A stretch of 64,000 bases of DNA from Octopus sinensis (taxonomy: Eukaryota): positions 11,160,001 through 11,224,000 of the forward strand of contig NC_043010.1 in NCBI RefSeq assembly GCF_006345805.1. Reading direction: 5' to 3'. The notes below the pieces were generated by a model. That model did no database searches, had not been told where the DNA came from, and saw only the letters and a program-made list of their open reading frames with translations. This document shows positions 52,188 to 64,000 of the stretch, in pieces; within the stretch, counting starts at the first letter, position 1, and the number at the start of each line of letters is the position of its first letter. The translations under genes were made by a program, and so were the position numbers.

Positions 52188-52799
52188 CTTTCTACTATAG
52201 GCACAAGGCCTGAAATGTGCGAAAGGGGACTAGTTAATTATATCGATCCCAGTGGCTCACTGGTACTTAATTTATCGACCCCGAAAGGATGAAAGACAAA
52301 GTCGACCTCAGCGGAATTTGAACTCAGAACATAATGACAGGCGAAATACCACATAGTATTTTGTCCAGCATGCTAATGATTCTTATTTCTTTATTGCTCA
52401 CAAGGGGCTAAACATAGAGGGGACAAACACGGACAGACAAAGGGATTAAGTCGATTACATCGACTCCAATGTGTAACTGGTACTTACTTAATCGACCCTG
52501 AAAGGATGAAAGGCTAAGTCGACCTCAGTGGAATTTGAACTCAGAATGTAGCGGCAGACGAAATACCTATTTCTTTACTACCCACAAGGGGCTAAACACA
52601 GAGAGGACAAACAAAGACAGACAAACGGATTAAGTCGATTATATTGACCCCAGTATGTAACTGGTACTTATTTAATTGACCCCAAAAGGATGAAAGGCAA
52701 AGTCAACATCGGCGGAATTTGAACTCAGAATGTAGCGGCAAACGAAATACCACTAAGCATTTCACCTGGCATGCTAACGATTCTGTCAGCTCACCACCT
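52188..52799 (-). mobile_element. SINE family B nested/concatemeric cluster
   Basis: Three bodies; junction gaaatacc|tatttcttt at about 52560-52575 identical to the 35.6-kb array. Confidence 0.85.
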
Positions 52800-53356
52800 T
52801 TGTAGTCATCATTATCACCATCATTTTAACATCTGCATTTTCACGGAGGATTGGGAAGAAAAACAGAGCTTGTTATGATGGTTACGTCTGTTTGCAACCG
52901 TCATATATTGCCAAGACTGGAAGGTACCAAAACCCACACACATTTACACACACACACAATGGGCTTTTATTCAGTTTTTTGGTGTAAAATGAAATATTAA
53001 AAACTAATGTACTGGATTACATTAGATTATCTACTGCATGATATACAAGGTGTTATAAATGTTTGAAGACTATCTAGGCTACACATTATAATACTGTATC
53101 ATACACATGATAAGATATAGTACAAGATGATCAACAAAATCAAGTCAAAGAAGATACAGACTCAACTGTAACGTAATTATTGATTACAATTCTTCATTTA
53201 TCAACATAATTATTCTTTAAGATTGCTATCAAATTTTGGCACAAGGCTAGCAGTTTCGGGGAAGGGTAAAAGTTGACTACATCAAACACAGTGTTCATCA
53301 AACATTAACATGTATAAAATTGCAACAACTGAAAACAAAACCAACATCAAATTAAT

Positions 53357-53670
53357 CATCATCATCATTTAACGTCCGTTCTCCATGCTAGCATGGGTTG
53401 GACGGTTCGACAGGGGATCTGGGAAGCCAGAAGGCCGCACCAGGCTCCAGTCTGATCTGGCAGAGTTTCTACAGCTGGATGCCCTTCCTAACGCCAACCA
53501 CTCCGTGAGTGTAGTGGGTGCTTTTTACGTGCCACCTGCACAGGTGCCAGGCGAGGCTGGCAATGGCCATGATTGGATAGTTGCATTTTACGTGCCACCG
53601 GCACGGAAGCCAGTCGAGGCGGCACTGGCATCGGCCACGATTCGGATGGTGCTTTTTACGTGCGCACCGG
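53357..53670 (-). mobile_element. RTE 3'-tail copy
   Basis: Matches the 40590-40880 terminus. Confidence 0.88.
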
Positions 53671-54318
53671 CATGGATGTATATAATATAATATTAATATA
53701 TATATAATAAAGAGACAATACAAAATCTATTTTGGAGATATGAACCCAATAGCTTAATTAGCTTACTTTATCAAAAACAAGTTTTAACATAATTTATGTA
53801 TCTTTAAAAAGGTACTCATTTTAACAAACCCAAAAGGATGAATGGCAAAGTTGCTCTCAGGGTAATTTGAACTCAGAACATGAAGATAGATAAAATGCAG
53901 TCAAGCATTTTGCTAATGTTTCTGTCAGCTTGCTGCCTTTTGTTACACTTAAATATTGAATGATATCAAGAAACAGGAGACTGACATATAGATCAGAAAC
54001 AGACCTGGAGTAGAGAAGGCCTGGCATTGATGAGGCTACAAATGGTGCAAAAGGACTTTGACAAAGAAAGCTGATTAAACTGATTGACTGAATAGTTAAT
54101 CAAACAATTAATTAGTTAATTGATTAAATGTTAATGAATTGACTGATAATACTAATAATGATTTCAAATTTTGGCTCAAGCCAGTAGTTTTTTATGTGCG
54201 GGGGGCGGAGAATAATTTGATTATGTTGACCGCAGTTTTCAACTGGTACACATTTTGTCCCCGAAAGGATGAAAGACAATGTCAACCTCAGCAGAATTTG
54301 AACTCAGGACATAAAGAT

Positions 54319-54546
54319 GGACGAGCTGGCAGAATTGTTAGCACGCCAGGCGAAATACTTAGCAGTATTTCGTCTGCCGTTGCGTTCTGAGTTCAAATTC
54401 TGCCAAGGTCTACTTTGCCTTTCATCCTTTCAGGGTCGATAAATTAAGTACCAGTTACGCACTGGGGTCGATGTAATCGACTTAATCCATTTGTCTGTCC
54501 TTGTTTGACCCCTCTATGTTTAGCCCCTTGTGGGTAGTAAAAAATA
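54319..54546 (+). mobile_element. SINE family B, flanked by older minus-strand family B relics (54160-54320, 54560-54975)
   Basis: Family B match. Confidence 0.85.
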
Positions 54547-54715
54547 AGGACATGAAGATGGAAAAAATACAACAAAGCATTTTGTGCTGTGTGATAACGG
54601 TTCTGCTAGCTCGCCACCTTCACTAATAATAATAATAATAATGATAATAATAATAACAATAATAATAATAATAATAATGATAATAATAATAACAATAATA
54701 ATAATAATAATAATG

Positions 54716-54749
<34 letters not shown>

Positions 54750-56010
54750 TAATAATAATAAATTTTCTACTAAAGGCATGAGGCCTGAAATTTGCGGGGA
54801 GGGAACTAGTCAATTACATTGACCCCAGTGTTTCACTTGTACTTAATTTATCAACCCACAAAGGATGAAAGGCAAAATTGACCTCAGCAAAATTTGAACT
54901 TAGAATGTAGTGATGGGCGAAATGCTGCTAACCATTTTGCCCACTTTGCCAACGATTCTGCCATCTCACCATCTTAATAACAATAATGATAATAATAAAA
55001 GAAGTGAAACAGAGCCAGAGTATATGTTTATTTTTAGCATAATGATCCTCCTAACTAACAACAAAATCTGTTTCGACACAGAAGTTGACGCCAAGAATAT
55101 CGCAAACCAAATTTTAAAAAAACAATAAATAAGATCAGGATTTTAGCCCACAAACTTAACAATAAACTATTTTGTCCCCAATGCTTCTTGTAAAAACATA
55201 AATATCTCTTCTTCAATATGCATAATAGTAAGTAGGGATCATGTGGAGGAATACACTTCAACCTTATTGGCAGTTGGAAGAATATATAATGGACAAGTCC
55301 TTTTTTATCTTGTAGGGCAAAATGTAGGAAGGGTTCAAAATCTTCCTATAGGTGAATCCAACAAAAGGGGCAAGAATCCTATTCTGGATAATAAGCATAT
55401 CGGAATTGTTTACATCTTTGTGAAGCTAGGATTAAATAAGGCATACGGTGAGATGATTTCAGTAGTAAAGGACAGACACTAAATGGTAAAGTCTGAACCA
55501 AAGATTCAGATTCAGTCTGTTATCGGTTCTTCTTTTATCTTATATTTTCTGCCTCTACACGTTTGTGTTTCTATGGTAACATACACAGAGGAAGTGGTTT
55601 TTTTTTATTTATTTATTTTGCAGATTCTCATATTGTAAGGAAAAGGAAAAAGATATCTTTTTCACAATTGGTTGTTTTTTTATAATGCTAAGCAGTAAGT
55701 CAACTGTAAGTAACTTGTTATCCGTCAGGGTGACTGTCATGAAGCCTTACTTATGGACATTACCTACATGCCTTGTTTAAGAATACGCCACAACGGTTAC
55801 AATAAAGTTCTGAACTCAAAACTTGGTAATTGAGAGTCCAACACCTTAGCTTCATAGCCACCATACCATGCACACACACACACACACACATACACATATC
55901 AAAGACAATATTTTTTCCCTGCCTTGCATGGCACCAATGATATGTAATTTTTTATCTCTTCAAAGGAAATGTTTTGAGGGGAATGAAAGAAAAGTAAAAA
56001 AAAAGAAAAC

Positions 56011-56060
<50 letters not shown>

Positions 56061-56894
56061 AGAGAAAAGAAAAAAAAATAACAATAATATCTGTAACAAA
56101 AGAGGAAATAGCTACAACGAATAAGTTTTTTAGAGAGAAAAAAAAAACAGAAAAGAAAAAGAAGACAATAGAAGGAATTCTTCAAAGAATATCCTCAGAA
56201 ACATATATAAAGAAAAGATAGCCACCATTGCTGTGAATTCTCTTTTATTTCTTTCTTATTTGTTTCATTCTTTTTATTCCTTCTTCTGCCTTCACATGTT
56301 GAGTGGTAGCCATGGTAGAAAATGGATGGGAATAGTTACCTTTGAAGTAACTGTCACCGGCAGACAAGAAAAAGGAATTCTGGACTCGAAGCTAGACATG
56401 GTTTCTTCCAAATAATTACCATATGGCATTTTGTTTTTCTCCAAGACACAAACTGCTTCATATTATCAACCAGGTTTTTATATTTATTTCTTATTTATTT
56501 ATTTATTGGTTCGTTTATTTATTTATTTATTTATTTATTCATTTTTGCATTATTTCTTTTAACGTGAAAATATAGAAGAAATATGGAACATGTATAGAAA
56601 TACTCATACTACTTCTTTGATATGTATAACATATGTGAGTATTCTACAATGTGTGTGTGAGCTCATGTGTGATGGTGAGCATGTGAGCATGTATGAGTTT
56701 ATATATATGTATATATATGTATGTATGTATATGCACTTAAGAAAGAGAAAACTGCAAAACTCAGAGTTGTAATCAATGAAGTTTCTGCTTATTAATTTAG
56801 ACACAGACACAGACACACAGATACACACATACATTTACACATACTGTAAGAGGAAGAGAGGGAAATGATACACACACACACACACACCACACAC

Positions 56895-56929
<35 letters not shown>

Positions 56930-56951
56930 CACGCACACATGCCAAAAAAAG

Positions 56952-57173
56952 CAACAAGATATCAAGTAGTAATACAGTATGACCGTTTCAAGCGGCTCCA
57001 TTTAATTGAATCATTATATCAATTTAAATGCAGTACTATCTTCAGCTGCACAAAATATAGAATATTTTTTTTAATTAGTACTACTGCATTTAAACTGATG
57101 TAATGATTGCATTGTTCAATTAAATGGAGCTGCTTGAAACAGTCGTACTGCATTACTACTTGATATCCTGTTG
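56952..57173. mobile_element. Fold-back/MITE-like inverted repeat
   Basis: Arms about 56952-57035 and 57082-57173, roughly 85-90% complementary by eye. Confidence 0.65.
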
Positions 57174-57272
57174 TTTATTTTGATTTTATCCACCTTACAT
57201 CGAGCTGTGCGGATAATGCCAGACTGACTTGGTGCTTCAACTTAAGTACCTAATTCAACTAAATCTTAATTA

Positions 57273-57309
<37 letters not shown>

Positions 57310-57367
57310 CATATATATATAGAGAGATAGATAGATAGATAGATAGACAAACATGTATATATTATCG

Positions 57368-57434
<67 letters not shown>

Positions 57435-57902
57435 GCATATACGGGTACAGGACATCACCAACAGTAAACAACATGAAATACGGAAACAAATGGAAACAGG
57501 ACAAGTAACACAAAGAACGGCCTTTCATCAACTGTCTATCTTCTCTTCATTTTGAGCATATGTGTATGTATTTTAAGGAAATTAAAAGTTATGGCTGGTC
57601 ATAGATTGACCATTAGTGGTATGTGTGACTCATCAAACTCAAATGGCTGAGGGCAAATAACTTCTCTAGAGCTGGTGGAGGAAATACATAATGGTCAATT
57701 GATTTTGTAAACAAAAGATACTTGTCTGTGGTATGGGTGGGACAGGGTTTGCAAGATGGGATTATCTTCCTTAAAGCAGCTCCAACCATGGGGATATTTG
57801 AAAGAGCTGTGGCAGGACTATTCGATAAATGAGAAATTCCAAGTCTGAAGTAGGAAACGTTTTAGACATAGGCATTACCTGACTAGTTCTTTCTTGGAGT
57901 TA

Positions 57903-57940
<38 letters not shown>

Positions 57941-58199
57941 ATAGGGGAGAATTCACAAAAATACAAAAGACGAAGACAGGTGGTGTAAACAACAAACAAA
58001 TGTATTAGTTTAATGCTCAGGAAATAAAAAAGTCTTTAACATTTTGTGCCTTCGCTCTTTCACAGAAAGGAACAGGGAGAGAAAATAAAGAAGGAAACAG
58101 GGAGAGAAAATAGAGAGGGAGAGAAAAAAATCACACACACACACACACACACACAGAAATGAAAAGAGAGAGAGAGAGAAAGAAAGAGAGAGAGAACCT

Positions 58200-58518
58200 G
58201 TGGTCAAAATCTAGTTGGAGAGGTTGCTACTGGAAGGCAATATGGTTTGGCCCATTATCATATCTCCAGAAGAGTTTAGAAAATTTTTATGACTGCACCA
58301 GCCTTAATTTCAGGCCTCGTTAATTTCTCTAATTGTGATCCCATGGATTACTATGTGTAAGCCAAAGTTGAGAAAGACACCAATCACAAAGGCTAAGCTG
58401 GTGGCCAAAACCAGGGTGTTCAAAAGATCTTTCTGTGGATACAGTGAGAAATTCATGTGTTAGAATCCAGATCCGCCATGAGGCCATGATAGAAGCTGAC
58501 GGTGGATACTTTGAGTAA
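58200..58518 (+). pseudogene. Tc1/mariner-superfamily transposase C-terminal remnant
   Basis: NFSNCDPMDYYV*AKVEKDTN and CVRIQIRHEAMIEADGGYFE* resemble the SPDxNPxDYxVW and RLEAVIEAxGGYxE* motifs. Confidence 0.7.
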
Positions 58519-58559
58519 ATTGTTATCTCCCAGCCTTATCTAAATGTTTTTTACATACT

Positions 58560-58778
58560 TTACTTTTTACTTGTTTCAGTCATTTGACTGTGGCCATGCT
58601 GGAGTACTGCCTTTAGTCAAGCAAATTGACCCAGGACTTACTCTTTGTAAACCTAGTACTTATTCTATCGGTCTCTTTTGCCAATCCGCTAAATTACGGG
58701 GATGTAAACTCACCAGCATCGATTGTCAAGCAATATTGGGGGAACAAAAACACAAACATATACACACACAAACACATA

Positions 58779-58823
<45 letters not shown>

Positions 58824-59016
58824 GTATATATATATAAATATATACATATATACGACAGGCATTTTTTCAGTTTCCGTCTACGAAATCCACTCACAAGGCT
58901 TTGGTTGGCCCGAGGCTATAGTAGAAGACACTTGCCCAACTTGCTCCGCAGTGGGACTGAACCCGGAACCATGTGGTTGGTAAGCAAACTACTAACCACA
59001 CGGCCACTCCTATGCC
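58560..59016 (-). mobile_element. SINE family A
   Basis: Family A match. Confidence 0.88.
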
Positions 59017-59470
59017 TATTAAATTTTTAAATAATTTTATTTTTGGGTGGGATATTGTGTTTTCTTTTGTGTTCCTGTGTTTCTTTCCCGCCACAGCTCT
59101 AAAAAACATTTATGTGCATGTGTGCATGCAGCCATGCATACACACTTATGTATGCGTGTAGGTATGCATGCATGTTCATTTTTGTGAGTATATAGTGATG
59201 TTTTCAAATGTGTTTGAATGTTCATTCTGCTCGCTCACAGATTCAAAGTTTGAATATGTGCAAGAATATGATTATGCATCGATAAGTAATTTGTTACAAT
59301 TATATTCTCATTCACCATAATAAGAATGATTATCCATTCATGTATATGTATCTATATTTATACATAATTATATACATATAAATAAAATTATATATATATG
59401 TAAAATTATATATATATATGTAATTACATATATATATATGTATATATATGTATATATATATATATGTATA

Positions 59471-59512
<42 letters not shown>

Positions 59513-59636
59513 CATAGAGACACACATACACACATATATTTATGTGTGTGTATGTATATATATATATATACACATATGTATATAGTTTTCCTTTGTCCAT
59601 GTTCTGTGTTTCATTGATAGAATAACAATGGGAATT

Positions 59637-59671
<35 letters not shown>

Positions 59672-60477
59672 TATATATATGTATATATATATATATGTAT
59701 GTATATATATATATATGTATATATACATATCCATACATACATGTGATGTGTGTGTGTGTATGCTTGTATGCATGTATGTACATGTGTGTGTGTGTGTATA
59801 CACAAGTATGTGCTTGCATGAAATAAATTTGAAAAAAAAAATTATTCTTTCCCAAATTCAGTAAGGTTCCCCCCTTTAATTTCTCCTGATCCTATACAGA
59901 GATATTACTTCAAAGATATTTTGATAAAAGGTTAAAAAAAAAAAGAGAAGCGAAAATTCATCATTCTTCATAAATTATTTCTGTTTGGTCTTGTCCTTTT
60001 TTTTTTTCCCAATTTTTTTTTGTTTTTGGAATTACAATAAATGTACCCTTTTTTGTATGTTTTCATTCATCTTCTTTGCAGATTGAATGAAATTATGTCA
60101 GTTTTTATATATTGATTACTTTAAATAATGGAATCATGTTGGAAATTATTAATTTTCATAAGGCTGCCCAGAATATTAGTAATCAGCATTTTTTCTGGTT
60201 TTCTAATTTCTATATTTGTATGTGCATGTGTGTGAGTATGTTTATATATATATATATATATACATATATATGTAGAGTGAGAAAGAGGGGCAGAGAAATG
60301 CATATATATATATTTATTTCTGGTTTATATTATTGGTTTACATATATTTGATTTATCATTTGTGTGCGTACATATATGCGTATATATTGTATTATATGTA
60401 TATAAATTCCTTGTATATAATTTTATAAAATATTCAATTAAATATGGGCATATGTGTTTGTGTGTATATACATATGA

Positions 60478-60527
<50 letters not shown>

Positions 60528-61653
60528 GCATTTATATAATATTATTCACTGTGTATATATATATACACACAATATTATGTATATATAATATATATATACA
60601 CACACAAGCAATACAATATATATATTATATATATATATATATCTATATGCGTACATACACACATATATAAATGCAAATACATATGTGTATGTATGCGAAT
60701 ATTTCTTTCCGAAAATGAGTCAAATATACGCCATCATTTTCAGTTTGAACCTGACCTTTTCTAAGGAAGGCTCTACAACAGAGAACTAAAGAGTAATAGT
60801 GCAAAAATAACACAAAAAAATTATAATAAATCATATATAAATACATATATAATAATCTTTATGCTAGTAGCAATGATGTTGTTGTTCTTTTTGTCGTTCA
60901 CGTTAGAGAGGGTGGAGAATTTTTGTTACATGTATTTCCCTCTTTTGGAAATCTGCTATTTTCTCTAATTTATATATACATATATAATTATTATTCATAT
61001 ACAAGAATGTTGTTGACAGGGACTACGAAGTTTCAGCCAGCTAAGACATCATCAGACAATGGCTTATATAAAAGTATAGAGTAACAGATCAGAATAGTGT
61101 AAAATTGTTTATATTATAACTGAACATAAACATTAATATACATACATATATATATCAATGTATGTATCTTCTATCTTTTACTTGTTTCAATCATTTGACT
61201 GCGGCCATGCTGCAGCACCACCTTGAAGGGTTTTAGTCAAATAAATCAACCCCAGGACTTCTTTAAAGCCCGGTACTTATTCTATTGATCTCTTTTGCCA
61301 AACCACTAATTTACAGGGACAGAAACACACCAACACCAGTTGTCAAGCAGTGGTGGGGGACAAACACAGACACACAGACACACACAGACACACTCACACA
61401 CACACACACATGCACATGACAGGCTTCTTTCAGTTTCCATCTGCCAAATCCACTCACAAGGCTATAGTAGAAGACACATGCTCAAGGTGCCGCACAATGG
61501 GATTGAACCAAAAATCATGTGTTTGGGAAGCAGGGATTTTCTAGTGGTTTGTTTATTAATGGATTGAAACCCTGGGCGGAATCCCAATGTTGCAATAATA
61601 ACAAATTCTGAATTATCTATAATTTTTTTCTATTTTACATTTTTAGATTCACC

Positions 61654-61881
61654 TAATCCTTTAGCATTTAAACTGTCTGTATCTGGCCCAAATATCCAAT
61701 TTGGTTTATATTCAAGCTAAGCAGATCCAGCCTCTCACATCTACCCTACAATGTTATTTTAAAAATAAACAATCACATCATAGAAATCTTGAAGCAATGA
61801 AATAAAACATGATCCATTGAAAATAATGTGAAGAAAATAAGTTTTACATGTGACAAAATATTATGAATGCTAATGGGTTAA
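61654..61881. mobile_element. Second TTAA-type MITE family (diverged)
   Basis: taatcctttagcattta ... tgaatgctaatgggttaa imperfect TIRs. Confidence 0.5.
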
Positions 61882-62062
61882 TGTTTTAGCCATGGATATC
61901 AACTTGATAAGGCAAGCCACATAATGGCTACTTGACTGGTTTCAATTTTTGTCAAATCTTCTTGAAATCTCACCTGTGAAAGAGACTTGTAAGTGGGCAG
62001 AGATTTAGGAGATGATGCAGTTCTAGAAATTACTAAGATTATAGGATAGTCATGATTGAAAT

Positions 62063-62479
62063 ACTCTCTCTTTACTCTTTTACTTGTTTCACTCATGTGA
62101 CTGTGGCCATGCTGGAGCACCGCCTTTAGTCGATCAAATCGACCCCGGGACTTATTCTTTGTAAGCCTAGTATTTATTTTATCGGTCTCTTTTTTGCCGA
62201 ACCGCTAAGTTATGGGGACGTAAACACACCAGCATCGGTTATCAAGCGATGTTGGGAGGACAAATACAGACACACAAATACGCACATACAAATATACATA
62301 TATATATACATATATACGACGGGCTTCTTTCAGTTTCCGTCTGCCATATCCACTCACAAGGGTTTGGTTGGCCCAAGGCTATAGTAGAAGACACTTACCC
62401 AAGGTGCCACACAGTCGGACTGAACCCGGAAACATGTGGTTCGTAAGCAAGCTACTTACCACACAGCCACTCCTACGCC
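62063..62479 (-). mobile_element. SINE family A; further diverged copies at 61175-61530, 63085-63440 and 63625-63935
   Basis: Family A match. Confidence 0.88.
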
Positions 62480-64000
62480 TATAATACCTCCAATAATCAG
62501 AGCAGATGTGGTGTCAAGCAGTAACTAGAACAACCATTGCAAACTTTTATATTTACATATACAGGTATGTTGATGTAAACAGGAAAAATAGAACTCAAAA
62601 TATGAAAATATGAGTATATGCATATTTTTGCCAATGCACAAAATTCTCGAACCTTGAGTCACTTTGTTACTTCTGCTAGATACTAATAATAAATACATTT
62701 ATATGTATATACATACATACATGTATACATACATATGTATACAGTCATTTAAAAAATTTTTTATTTGAATAGTCATACAGATCCCACTGCAGGAGCCTGT
62801 TCTGCTTCTCTCTCCCATAGTATTTCCTTCATCCCCTGGCATGAAGCTGACCCCCATCTACTCAGGGACTCCAAGTCCTGTGAACTATATGGCAGCCTGA
62901 ATGGTGCAGATGGCATGAAAATATACATCCAGTCCATGCTATAAAGTAGTTGGTGTTAGGAAACCATGCAAAAACAGTCATTGGAGCATAATGCAGTCCT
63001 TCAACACAGCCAAACTGGAACATGAACATTAAATGATAACGATGGTGAAGATGATGAAGATAATGATAATGATGATTTTTAGGTGTGGCTATGTAGGTAA
63101 GAACCTTGCTTTGCAGCCATATTCTTTTGGGTTCAGTCCCACTGTGTGGAACCTTGAGGAAGTATCTTCTACCATAACCCTGGGCTGACCAAAGCCTTGT
63201 AAGTGGGGTTGGTAGACAGAAACTGAAAGAATCCTGTTGTAGTGATATACATGTGTGTGTGTGTGTGTGTGTGTATATAGATCCATATATATCCCTTTGT
63301 CTTTGTGTTGCACTTATCTCTCACCACTGCTTCACAAATGATGTTGGTTTGTTTACATTCCTTTAAATTAGTAGTTCAGCAAAAGAGAACTGATAGAAGA
63401 AGCACCAACATGATCACTGTCCAATGACTGAAACAACTAAAAGGCAAAAGAAAGTCACACAGACAATACATACAGTGTTTTTCAACAAGAATTATTCACC
63501 CTATTTCATGTTGTATATAAGAATTTTACATGGTAGCATCTGCAGCGTAATTGGCACCTCTGAAATATCTGATCTTAACTTACTTGCAGCTTTTGAATTT
63601 ATCAGTATTCACTATACAATTTTTTGCTAGTTTCAGTCATTTGACTGCGGCCATGCTGGAGCACCCCCTTTAGCCGAGCAAATTGCCCCTCAGGACTTAT
63701 TCTTTGTAAGCCTAGTACTTGTTCCATCGGTCTCTTTTGCCGAACTGATAAGTTGTGAGGGGAAATAAACACACCAGCATCGGTTGTCAATAGACACACA
63801 AACATATACACATACATACATATATATATATATATACATATATACGATGGGCTTCTTTCAGTTTCCATCCACCAAATCCACTCACAAGGCTTTGGTCAGC
63901 CCGAGGCTATAGTAGAAGACACTTGCCCAAGGTGCTGAACTGATAAGTTGCGGGGGGAAATAATCACACCAGCATCGATGTCATAGACACACAAACATAC

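Noticed and set aside
55243-55482. 79-aa ORF and 36-nt plus-strand exon candidate
   Set aside because: No recognisable motif and no supported partner exons on that strand.

Overview
AT-rich, microsatellite-saturated eukaryotic genomic DNA with no intact long ORF. Nearly all ORF-track entries are simple-repeat artefacts. The repeat content resembles an octopod/coleoid cephalopod genome (inference from SINE/LINE style, not a database result). Elements found: about 20 copies of tRNA-SINE family A, families B, C and D, a 5'-truncated RTE-clade LINE with a PHD-type finger inside its RT, short RTE-tail copies, CR1, RLE-type non-LTR and Tc1/mariner remnants, TTAA-flanked piggyBac-like MITEs and non-autonomous Helitrons. 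Several phase-compatible minus-strand exon candidates suggest the window may lie within an unidentified long-intron gene (low confidence). The most unusual signal is a set of long palindromic cassettes inserted in (TA)n tracts. Two copies of one family (14.4-14.8 kb, 18.7-19.0 kb) carry minimal type I hammerhead-ribozyme motifs facing each other on opposite strands and share the same short-arm breakpoint. A second family (10.2-10.7 kb) has 213-bp arms with permuted hammerhead boxes. Further degenerate hammerhead-like, Penelope-type remnants are scattered through the window. Ribozyme structures are hand-folded predictions only.
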